Shown here: piece after piece, positions 53,501 to 64,000 of the stretch
Layout: each line of letters begins with the position of its first letter
How positions within the stretch are numbered: position 1 is the stretch's first letter
NCBI RefSeq assembly: GCF_037042905.1
Contig: NC_087245.1
Span: 8,744,001 to 8,808,000 of the forward strand
DNA: 64,000 bases
Direction: 5' to 3'
Origin: Lytechinus pictus
Taxonomy: Eukaryota
Notes under the pieces: model-generated
The model's database searches: none
What the model was told of the DNA's origin: nothing
The model's input: the letters and a program-made list of their open reading frames with translations, nothing else
Position numbers and translations under genes: made by a program

Positions 53501-56500
53501 TCAATATATTTTTTTATTGTAGTCCTGCATGTAGACTTTCATGGGGTTTTTTCCATGGTGTTGCAGCATTGATCGTTGATCGTATCGTTTGATCGTTTTC
53601 CACTTGGTCAACATGAAAGTCTACATGTGGGACCACGATAATAAAAAGCATTTACCGAGTACATCATCATAAATCAGAGTAAAGAAAGAGAGTCAAGAAA
53701 GAGCTGAATATTCTTCATTTTTTCATTAGTTTCCAACTATCAAAACATTTTCAAGGTAATATGGAAAATAGATGGCCATTTCATGGATTTTTGCAAAATG
53801 TGAAATTTTAGCCACTTTTGGTGTTTTTTTGTGCAAATTCTCGCTACCCCAAATAGGAACAAAAATCTCATAATGCGCGAGACGAGATAATTTTCACTCC
53901 GTCGGGTCGTCATCACCACTTCCGGTTCAGAGTCATGCTCGCGCGAGGTTCGCGATACTGAGTTTTCCACCACGCTGAAATCGATGCCAATCAGCGTAAT
54001 ATGTACAGATTATAATACTTTTTATTTAATTTGGTCAGTTTTGATTCCATTTGAATTATAAATACAAATGAAAAATATATTTCACGTGAAAATAATTTTT
54101 ATACATGTTTTTATTTGGTTATTAAAAAATTAAAAAAAAAATGAATATCTTAAAATTTTGCATTTAGCGACCGGCCTGACATCACGATCGTATTCGACTA
54201 GACGCTAAATATATACAGCATTCATTCCGTTCAATTTTTCGTCGACCACAAAATGGATAAAAAATCAGTTTCGGAACTTTAAAAAATCTTAACTGACAGA
54301 AGAATACCTTGCAATGGAAAGCGTCGGGCAGAATTAGTGACTTTAGCAGAAAAGGCCGTTAAACTGTATCGTGAAAGAGAGGGTTGTGATCACGAACTTT
54401 CCGAGCGAAAGCGACGTTGTGTTGTTGTGCATGACGGCACTGTTGATCTGAATGGCAAAACAGTGCATTGGACTTCCGAACAGGAAGTTGTAATACCGAA
54501 AAGCTATCCCATAATGCAATGCGCGTTACAGGGATTTTCCAGGATCTCGGCGAAATCGCTATTTGGGGTAGCGAGAATTGCTTAAGTAGCGCATGCGCAG
54601 TCATTGCACACATAGAACATAAAATGCGATGGCACGGTTTTTCGAATGAGGTACCTGGCGATAAATTATTGGTAATTGGCGCTGTTTTTATATCAGTTTC
54701 CACTGTTTTTTTTACTGGTTTGACATAATCTGAGAGATAGTTGTGATTATCCAAATGAAATTGAAATTTAGAGGGTCTACGGATATTTTATTTGTTTATT
54801 TCCAAAACAACCACTTGCCCGATCGGGCAATTGAATGAGAAATGCTTGCCCGCACGTCATTTTCACTTGCCCCGGGCAAGCGGTTTTGTCGCGCCCTGCA
54901 TTATACACAATGCCTGGTGACCACACACTGGCTCTTGATTATTGTAATTAAGAAATTACACAAGGAATATCAAATTACAATTCAATGCAAATATCAATGT
55001 AATATGTGATTTGGAAAGGACCAAAGACAAAGCTCCAAGCTAGGCTTATGAGCAATGGCCGAAAATGCGATTACAAGACTACCAGTCTACCAACTGAGCT
55101 ATTGCACCTCCTTGGAGACTAAACTCTTTCCACCCTCGTGATACATATTGAATATCGTGAAGAGTAATATCTTAGTCACATCTGCTCTACGGCGGCCATA
55201 TGGTGAGTCGAAAAGAGGCCTTTTAAAGCGGCCTACCATTGACAAATCATGGAGAAATCAAGGCCTATCTCAGAACAGAGAAGGGATTAAAGTCTTTCAC
55301 TCGGCTTACTTTCACTGTAAGGATAGTCTGTTCCAAGTGCCATGATTTATTGCTCTGTTTCAAATTTCGCTCGATGAGAAAACAGGTTATGATATGGAAG
55401 AGCAACTACAAGGCCTGCTTTCAGACTGCTTGAGGGTGTAATGTTATAGACACCGGCATGTCTGGGAGGTCTAATAGGAGAGCGATAGATAGTATTAGTA
55501 GATTAACCAACCAGTACTGAACTGCATGTTTTCATTTTGAAACATGTAACTTCACAGAGGATATTTGTTTTGGTTTAGCAATCAAGAGTCTAGTAATTGG
55601 GATTGTTGAAATCTACGACAACCGGAAGTAAATAACGATCACAAGTTCGGTCAAATTTGTGCTGTCCGAACTTTTATCGCATTAGTCCAACGGGCTCTCA
55701 TGACGGACGGATTATGTTATGCAAGTCAATGGGCCTTTTGCAAATTTTGTACTTTACCCCATGATTTGTCAATAGTAGGCCCCTTTAACAGTTTTTGTAC
55801 CAGCTACATATAGGTAGTTTGAATAAAAATGAATAAAATGGCTGTTTTTTTGACTCGCAGTACGGCTGCCGCATAGCAAATGTTACTGAGGTATTACTGT
55901 AAAAGTGGAAATTTTCGCGGCAAGATCGGCGAGCGCGAATTTATGAGCGTCTATTTCAATGCAAGTTTTGAACCGCGGTTCAATTGCATGTATCGTTTTG
56001 GCAAAGAGATTGCATAATTTGACCTATAGAGGGCGACATTTAAGCAAGCAAGCTTGAGCTCCAAAATCATATGCATCGCGAGAATTTGTTCCAAAGCAAT
56101 GCAATTTTTTTTTAACAGTCGCAGATCAGTATTTAAATTATGATTTTGGTTGAAATATAAATTGCTTTTGCTGTTTGATTGGTGAGTGTTTAGATCTGTT
56201 TAGTTTTTAAAAAGACGTTGGGTTGATTGCCTCCGCGATCGCCCAGGTTTGTTGATTGATCCCATGCACTTTGAATAGTCGTAATCCCCCCGGTCCTTAC
56301 CCAGTGCTCAGCCGTCCATACCAGGCCAGCAGCGCCTCCATTTTGCCTTCCCCGATGTCCACCCCTCAAAGAAAAGTTGCACTAAATGTCACAAAAGCTC
56401 ATGATTGGATCAAAACAATGCTGAATTATGCCGCCATAGAGCTAGAATTATGATCGGAAAATACAATTTCATCGCTGAAATGTTAATTAAAACCATTCGC

Positions 56501-59500
56501 AAATGGGGAAGAAGGAAGTGACTTTATGATTTATGGAGTGTGCTGCACGAATTAAAAAACCCGCGAAAATGTTTTGAAGCCGCCAAGCGCGAAAAATTAA
56601 TCCCGCGAAAATAACAGCGTTTACAGTATTTGATTTAAACGTTTATCATGTTTTATCATCAATTGTTATCAACTTCGCCTGCAATATGTGTATTATGAAA
56701 GGGAGTGACAAGGAAGGGCACTACAGGGAATAATTTTCCTGGCATTGCATCATAATTAGCACCACAATTTTAAAGACTGCTACACAAAAAGTATTTAATC
56801 TGTATACATTGTAGTAGATTGAAAAGTATGGTAGATTTTTTTATATTGGCAATACAGATCCTAGTTGAGAGTGTTTCTCTGATGACTAAAAATGCTAATC
56901 AAATTAGTTGAGCAAAATTTTCACCTGCTCTGATATTCATTGAAAAAATTAATTCCTTATCTGATTTGAAATATCGGTATCTTCTTCATTTCTTGATTAT
57001 AAAATTTTTCTTGCAATTTTGTTTTTGCCAACAGGTGCAAATGAATTATTCCTTCCAGCGTCAGTCATCAATGAAACAGCAGAAAATGGAGAACAATTGG
57101 TAATGGGACAAAAATGGATTAAGGAAGAACAACCTAAACAAATTGTTGTTTCTAAATCTCTCTCACCTGAAAGGTATGATACAGACCGCGAGGTGAATAG
57201 GGAAGAAAAATCTTCTTACTCTGTAAGTCATGAAACAGAGACTATCAAAGTACAAACTCTTGATGGAAGAGGGGATGGTGAGAAGAATGAGGGAAGTGAG
57301 GATAAGCAATGCAATAACACTCGAAGTAACAACAGTGAGAAGATAATGCAGAGACAGAGTTTGAATGAAACTGACTTGACCCTTGTGTCTTCACTGGAGG
57401 AATCATCTATTACATTATATTCACCAGACCAAGAGGCAGTATCGATAGATGCCTGTCACCAGAGTGAGCAATCGAATCATGAGGATGCTGAGACTTCATC
57501 AAAAGGCCAGGTCAGGAAGGAATTGGGCAAGGGAATGGTGAATTTCTAGCTCTTCAATCTGCTATGGATCATTATTAATGGCAATTAGAAATAAGGATGA
57601 GAAGGTTGACAGAAATAGACAGAAGGACCCTGTAATCAGAATACTCACAGTACCTTTAGAAATCAGAACTATATCATCATTTTCCATGTTTAAATCTACT
57701 AAAAAGACCCAACCTATTTTCAAAATAATGATCATATATAGCATGCAGTATGTAGCAGTTGAATGTAGTCTTGTAATTTCTTTGTATTGGTGTAAATATT
57801 GTATGAAATGTTTTAGGTTTAATGTATGTATAAGCCAATGTCTATATACACTGTACCTAGGCTTATTATGAAGCGTACAGAGAGTCTTCCTGCTTGTTAT
57901 TCTCTTTGCTGTTAAATTACAGTTATAATTATTATATCCTGCAGAGGCTTCCAGCTGGACAAGATGTTCTTGATCAGTCATCGAATGCAACATCTGGTAC
58001 AGATTCATCGTCATTACCCCCCATCTCCAGCCAGTCTTGTAAAGGACCAGCTTTGCAATCACCAAGCATGAGCAATGGTCCACCCAGTGTAGGAGACTTG
58101 CCCCTTCCCCATTCCCATCATCAGCAGACAAACCTGGGCCCAAATGAAGCCAAGGGATCTAAAACTGTGACTTCTGAGCGATCACTTGAACAATCACTAG
58201 GCGCTATGGGAGTTGATCCTCATGACAGCAGACAGGTCTTAGTGCACAATAGCAATCATGTGAGTGACTTTGATGCATCTGGAGCTGCTGATATGACTTC
58301 CATTTGGAGTACAGATTTGTCAGATAGTGGTAAGACTGTATGTAAGGGTTCTTGATAGCCCGACCCCTTCAACCAACTGATTTATTTTTTATATTTCTGA
58401 ATCAAGATTCTGGAGAAAGCACTCCATGCTAAATCATTCTATGCTTTCCCCCGACCAAATTACTGATCCACTGATTGTCTACCTGTTATGGAATTGTATA
58501 ATTATTGTTTAAACAGTGTTATTTTTATAATAATTTTTTTTACATGCTGAGAAACCAAAGAAAATATTTTTAACACATTCTTGAATTCATTCTGCATAAT
58601 TTCGTCAGGATGTACTGATTCTACATGCAGGCACATTCACAGAGCAGAAATTAGTGTAGTCAGTTCACAGGGCTGCTAGCCAGATGTGAATATTTGCAAT
58701 AAATTGTTAAATATCTTTGGAATAAAGGTTCTGTAAACCATAAGATAACATTAATCCAAGCTTCCACTTTATCTGTCTTTATCTGAAATTGACATTTATT
58801 TACAGCGAACAACAATTTTTTTAGCTGTGTGAGGCTGTGAGCACTCGCAAACCAACAATGTCCAACTTCGTAACTTCATGATCTATTTCTGCCATTCATG
58901 TCATCTTACCCTAGTTTGTCTTCAAAAATTGACTTATTTTTTTCTTTGATTTAACTTGAGAGGATTGTCTGATATGCAAGGTGGAAAAGTAACTGAAGTG
59001 CACACAATAACAATTTGGATTTGACAAAATATTTTAATAGATGATGAAGTTCCAAAGAGAGAAGATGAAGGAAAGCTGAGGGAGATGAGAAACAATACTG
59101 CCATGGAGTTACTGTGGATACAGCAAGCAATCGAAAGCAGGAAGAATGTAAGTATACTATAATTCTTATCTCCATGATTCATGATGATGATGGTGGTGTA
59201 ATACTAGTTAGTAATTTGCACTCTATGCCCTTCACTCACTATGGATAGGTGCTAAGGGGTGTTAACTTTCAAGGCCAAGGACATTAAGGTTTTAGTTTTT
59301 TATTTGTCCTTTCTGTCCGTCCATCCATCCATCCCTTTTTGTCTCGCCTGCATAGCAGAGTGAGACTATAGGCGCCGCTTTTCCGATGGCGGCGGCGGCG
59401 TCAACACCAAATCTTAACCGAAGGTTAAGTTTTTGAAATGACAGCATAACTTAGAAAGTATATGGACCTAGTTCATGAAACTTGGCCATAAGGTTAATCA

Positions 59501-60266
59501 AGTATTACTGAACATCCTGCCTGAGTTTCAGGTCACATGACTAAGGTCAAAGGTCATTTAGGGTCAATGAACTTAGACCATGTTGGGGGAATCAACATCA
59601 AAATCTTAACCTAAGGTTAAGTTTTTGAAATGTCATCATAACTTAGAAAATGTATGGACCTAGTTCATGAAACTTGGACATAAGGTTAATCAAGTATCAC
59701 TGAACATCCTGTGCAAGTTTCAAGTCACATGATTAAGGTAAAGGTCATTTAGGGTCAATGAACTTTGGCCAAATTGGGGGTATCTGTTGAATTACCATCA
59801 TAACTTTGAAAGGTTATGGATCAGATTCATGAAACTTGGATATAAGAGTAATCAAGTATCTTTGAACATCTCATGCAAGTTTCAGGTCACATGACCAAAG
59901 TCAAAGTTCATTTAAGGTAATTACTAGATTGCCGTCATAACTTTCAAAGTTTATAGATATAGTGTATAAAATGTGGATACAGGGGTAATCAAGTATCACT
60001 GACAAGTTTTAGGTCACATGATCAAGGTCAAATGTTAATGAATGTAGTATTGTATCATTATATGAATGGTGTTTTTTGTGAATAATTATTTGAAAGTAGT
60101 TTTCAAAGTCAGCACTGCTGCTATATTGAATCATGTGATCCAGGTGAGACCACCAGAGGCATTCCACTTGTACTAAGTTATGTTGTCTTAAACCTCATTT
60201 TTCCACCATACACAGTATCTGAGGCTGAAGAGTAAGATGGCAATCAGTAATGGGACAGATCAGTGA
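35788..60266 (+). CDS. IQCC: IQ domain-containing protein C-like; exons 35788-35844, 51353-51511, 52240-52657, 57035-57510, 57945-58329, 59041-59147, 60216-60266; about 550 aa
   Basis: IQ motif across intron 1 (MQ|ALVRGTLIRRSLKNLRAEFEEI); conserved C-terminal block LREMRNNTAMELLWIQQAIESRKN|YLRLK; low-complexity Ser/Glu middle; all introns GT-AG and phase-consistent, 1653 nt total; an alternative exon-4 donor at 57537 is possible. Confidence 0.85.
36910..37305 (+). mobile_element. tRNA-derived SINE
   Basis: A box TAGCTCAGTCGG; B box GGTTCGAGTCCC; ~300-nt body; (ATCCAG)n tail. Confidence 0.8.
37728..38306. mobile_element. Full-length TTAA-flanked (Kolobok-like) MITE
   Basis: ttaa|aggtcaagctcacccc ... 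gggatggacttgtcct|ttaa. Confidence 0.75.
43595..44925 (+). repeat. 1.3-kb A/G-rich low-complexity tract
   Basis: Plus strand is overwhelmingly purine (aaag/aaat/gaaa). Confidence 0.9.
49301..50369. mobile_element. Tc1/mariner (pogo-like) non-autonomous element
   Basis: ta|ccgtaagtaacggactataaaccgca ... tgcggttaatagaccgttacttacgg|ta. Confidence 0.75.
52869..54898. mobile_element. Probable hAT-like non-autonomous element with nested remnants
   Basis: cagaggcc start and ...cgccctg end, with cttgccc repeats near both ends; no TSD found. Confidence 0.4.
55897..56626. mobile_element. TA-flanked MITE (Tc1/mariner-like)
   Basis: ta|ctgtaaaagtggaaattttcgcgg ... ccgcgaaaataacagcgtttacag|ta. Confidence 0.7.
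59336..60171 (+). mobile_element. DINE-1/Helentron-like non-autonomous element with ~180-bp internal tandem repeats
   Basis: tttttgtctcgcctgcatagcagagtgagac (subTIR + short inverted repeat), (ggc)n, about 3.5 internal repeats, caggtgagac near the 3' end. Confidence 0.6.
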
Positions 60267-60844
60267 TGTTTGGATACAGACAAGAGGATCAGAGACAAGG
60301 CCAAGCTTCCAAGCAAGGAAATCTAGAGGTAGCCCTTTTCATATGCATGGCGAAATTGGAATAATTTATATTAGATTTTCATTTATGAAGTCATATAATG
60401 ATAACAATTTCAATTTTTGCGAGAGTGATCACGAATTTCCTTGTTGACCATAGTAGATTGCGAGACAAATGAATACCCTCTAGCGATTATAACTTCAGTC
60501 CTATTTAGTACCTGGCCAAATTTGGCAAGCTACCAGAAGATGCATGATCACTCTTAGATGTACTTGCCTTAATCATATCTCATTGTGTGCAAAATCAATT
60601 GAGCTGGTCTGAGCAGGCAGATGTAACGTACCTTAATAATTGTTCCATGTTTAATCTTAGCATATAGGAATAGTGTAGACCTAGATCAATACGATCCTTG
60701 CCACTTCAGAAATGCAAGATATGATGTTGGATACGGCGGACTTCTTGATCTAGCATATTGCAAAGAATACCTCTTGACATTGTTTTTACATGGTTTCAGT
60801 CATGGAACATCCCAATAAGTGAATGTAAGCATTGTTTGAAAGAT

Positions 60845-61950
60845 AATAATATTCAGTTCTTTTATAGTGCATAACACATAGCTACGCATGTCCCTATGCA
60901 CTTGGATAAAATTAGGGAATGAATTTAGAAAGTAAGTGAAGAGTGTAGGGCACTGAATTCATTACATGCTAAACAGATACTTTTTTAGGGAAGTCTTAAA
61001 CTTATCTAAATCATGTATATTTCTCATATAATTAGATAGTACATTCCATAAGACGGAAGAGGCATGTGCAAATGAGCGCTCACCATATGTTTTGGTAATA
61101 GTGGGAGGAATAGCAAACAGCTGCTTTGTGCTTGATCTTAGAGTACGAGTAGTCTGATTTTCGGTCAAATATGATGGAGCTATCTCATGGAAGCATTCAT
61201 ATGCAAAAACTAATAATTTGAAAAAAATATGAGAATGAACAGGAAGCCAGTGTAAGTTTCGTAGTACAGGGGTGATTGATTCATATTTTCGAGTTTGAGT
61301 AACTGATCTTGCAGCAGAGTTTTGGATAGTCTGTAGTTTCTTTATTTGTCACTGTGGTAAACCAAAAATTAGGTTGTTACAGAAATCAGTATGACAGAGA
61401 ACAAATGCATGGATTAGTTTTTCAGTTGTAGGTTTATCCAAATAATTTGGAATTTTTCCTATTTGATAAAGAGCAATGATGCAGTGCGACATTTATTTGA
61501 TATAAAGTTCTCAAATGTTATCAGTGAGTCAAAGATTGCCCTTAAGCTTCTACATGATTTGCTACTAGGAATTGATGTTTCATCAAGATCTAAACTCTGT
61601 ATTGGGTTGTTTCTCGAAAACTTGATATAAGAAGGAATTCTGTTTTACTACTGTTCAGTTTAAGACTATTCTTTTTAGACCATTGTTTGATTGCTTGTAT
61701 ACCATGCAAAATTTCAGTGGTATGGTCACAATTACTTGATCTCATGGAAGAAACATAAAGTTGCATAATCTGCATAAAACATCTTTTGGATATGTCATCT
61801 ATCAATTATGGATTCAGTGGAGAAATATAAAGTGTAAACAAAGTCGGTCCTAATACTGATCCTTGCGGAACGCCTTGATTGAAAGGGTGGGTGGATGATC
61901 GTTCGATTCCTATAACCACACAGTGACCACGGTCAAGAAGATATGATATA
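60845..61950 (-). mobile_element. 5'-truncated, decayed L2/CR1-type LINE (RT C-terminal half)
   Basis: Minus strand QGVPQGSVLGPTLFTLYISPL (~61815-61880), LKLNSSKTEFL, RTLRS...YGERSFAHASSVLWN. Confidence 0.8.
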
Positions 61951-62521
61951 GGATTATGAAAAGCTGCATGTTCTTGGTTTTTCCTTATTCAGTGGCAATG
62001 ACTGGCATTCTCCTTGCTCATCATTCACTAACAACAAATGTAATTCACACATATTGATATCATAGGCTCGGGTTTCAATTAGGAGCATGCACTTTATCAC
62101 GTTTTAGGCTTGAAGTATTATAACACAATCCTGTCACACGTATACAAGTATATAATGTTGTCTACCTGTCTCCAGCACTGAGACGTCCTATAGATATGAA
62201 ACCATTGGGTAAAGTCAAGTAATTTTTCAAAAGCACATCCTCCATGAAAGCTTTCCAACAATGTAGAGTACGTGTAAGCGTTCAAATGAAGAAACAAATA
62301 TGTTGTGTTTATTCACCATCTAATTGACTTTTTGCAACTATTTCCTCAAGTTCTTTCAAAGAATGTTACATGTATATAAAAAAAAACCAAGGCTGTGATA
62401 ACAAGGTGGTTGGATTTAGGTATTGCTTAAGTATTAAAAATCTGAGATGAATTGGAGCAGTCTATAAAACAAAGAAGAGTTGATGATATAGTCATACAGC
62501 AAAGTATTCCAGCCCTGACAT

Positions 62522-62720
62522 ATCAATTCAATTCAATTTCAATTCAATTCAATTCAATTCAATTCAATTCAATTCAAAATTTATTTCAATCAATCAATCA
62601 TAAAAATACAGGTATATACAAATTAGGTAAAAACATGGGATTGGGAGCCCCTAGAAGTTTTCATTAAAAAAACTTGTGAGTGGGGCACCACCATGGTACA
62701 ATCAAATACAAATTAATATA
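62522..62720 (-). mobile_element. 3' tail of a LINE: stem-loop, AATAAA and (TTGAA)n microsatellite
   Basis: (aattc)n at 62525-62578, tttattt, and an imperfect gcccc...aagtttt/aaaactt...ggggc stem. Confidence 0.55.
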
Positions 62721-64000
62721 ATATCCCCACCACCTCTCATTTTTTTAAAGGTACAAATGAACCCATTCTAATCTATGGCATCATGAAAACTCATCTTTTT
62801 TTATGCTTTATTTTTCAACAGCATTCTTTCTTTCTTACGTGGTATGCACAAACTCCATAGGAAATTCTTTTTTATATTCCTTTGAAAAATGCAAAGAATG
62901 TTGCTTGTCGCAAATGCTACTGTAGATATTGGCGCAGATGCCTGGCGAAGGGGAAAATTAGCATCAGAGTCCAGTGTGATGATTAAATTACAGAGCAGCA
63001 ACAATTAGACATCCCCACCGATGTAAGAGACAGAATCTCTGAAGGAGTTGTTGAACCTTTGCAATACCTAGCTAATAGCAACCATTTCAAAGTGGTTTTG
63101 CGAGTTTAAAACATAGAGCTACTCTGGCTGTTTCCAACCTTGTCATGGGCAGAATCTCCACTTTTTTTTATACCCTTACGCTCGAAAGGCTGTAGAGCAG
63201 GACCAGAAATATTAATAGTTGTGCACTCTGTTTTCGCACTCTGAATTATTTTTCTTTTTCATTGATTGGTTTTACAGCTTTATTCAATCTTGAAATTTAA
63301 ACACTCAGTGTCATACTTAATGAGAAGTTTCTTTGAAGTGTTGAAGAGCACAAGTAATTTTCTTTTGTCATAACTATTATATGAATTTTCTGTAACAAAA
63401 ATACAGAGCTGCCTTGTGTCCTCAAATGTCAAATGAATAATCTTCCCATCTATATATACATGGTCGTAGGGTTATGTGTAGGTCAGCAAATCTCTCAAAT
63501 TCGTAGGAGTGAGCAAGTGAACATCTTCATCTTTCACCAAAGTTCCTAATAACTTTCCTTCAATGACGAGGTTCAAGTTTAAAACTTCTCCACTTCTCTA
63601 TCGCTTCTCCACCTGGAGCTCACCTGGGTGAGGAGCTCCTCCCAGAATCAGACTTTACTTGGTTTGGATGCGCTACAGGGTATATACGCTACTTTATTTG
63701 AAAAAGAAAAGAGATTTGTTAGACGGCCTAGGAATTATTATTTTTTAGGAGTTTTTTTTTACATAGGGGCTACCACTGAATATCTTGGGGCTATTTTTGT
63801 TCTTCAAGGCAAGGGGCTACTTATTTTTATTGCACATCAGCAATTTAGCATTCTGAGACTCACTGTGATGCCTAAAAGCTTAAAAAATTATTTCTTATAA
63901 TAATGAAGACTAGGCCAAGACTACCTGAAAGGATATAGATCTACTACCACATCTAACATAAACTCTAGAAATAATAATAATATGAATCAACACTCACCGT

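Noticed and set aside
57562..58143. 193-aa minus-strand ORF
   Set aside because: Antisense to IQCC-like exon 5 and intron 4; no recognisable motif

Overview
AT-rich, intron-containing animal genomic DNA; the repeat families suggest an echinoderm such as a sea urchin (inference). There are two host genes: a 4-exon UDP-glycosyltransferase (minus strand, 2821-7261) and a 7-exon IQCC-like IQ-motif gene (plus strand, 35788-60266). The most striking feature is a 16.2-kb insert (13111-29346) inside a decayed CR1/L2-type LINE. It has Polinton/Maverick-type ends (AGCAGC...GCTGCT, 6-bp TSD AAAGTG) but no core Polinton genes. Instead it consists of four alternately oriented copies of one ~2.1-kb end, each with a C2H2-zinc-finger ORF. 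The arms are joined at 108-bp hairpin-repeat arrays and at one fold-back junction, which resembles an integrated snap-back (defective-genome) concatemer. The fourth arm is interrupted by a 6.3-kb IS3EU-like DNA transposon whose intact DDE ORF appears to start with a signal-peptide-like segment. Intron 1 of the IQCC-like gene holds a second nest (Harbinger-like > long-TIR foldback element > SINE/MITE). The rest is MITEs, LINE fragments and simple repeats.
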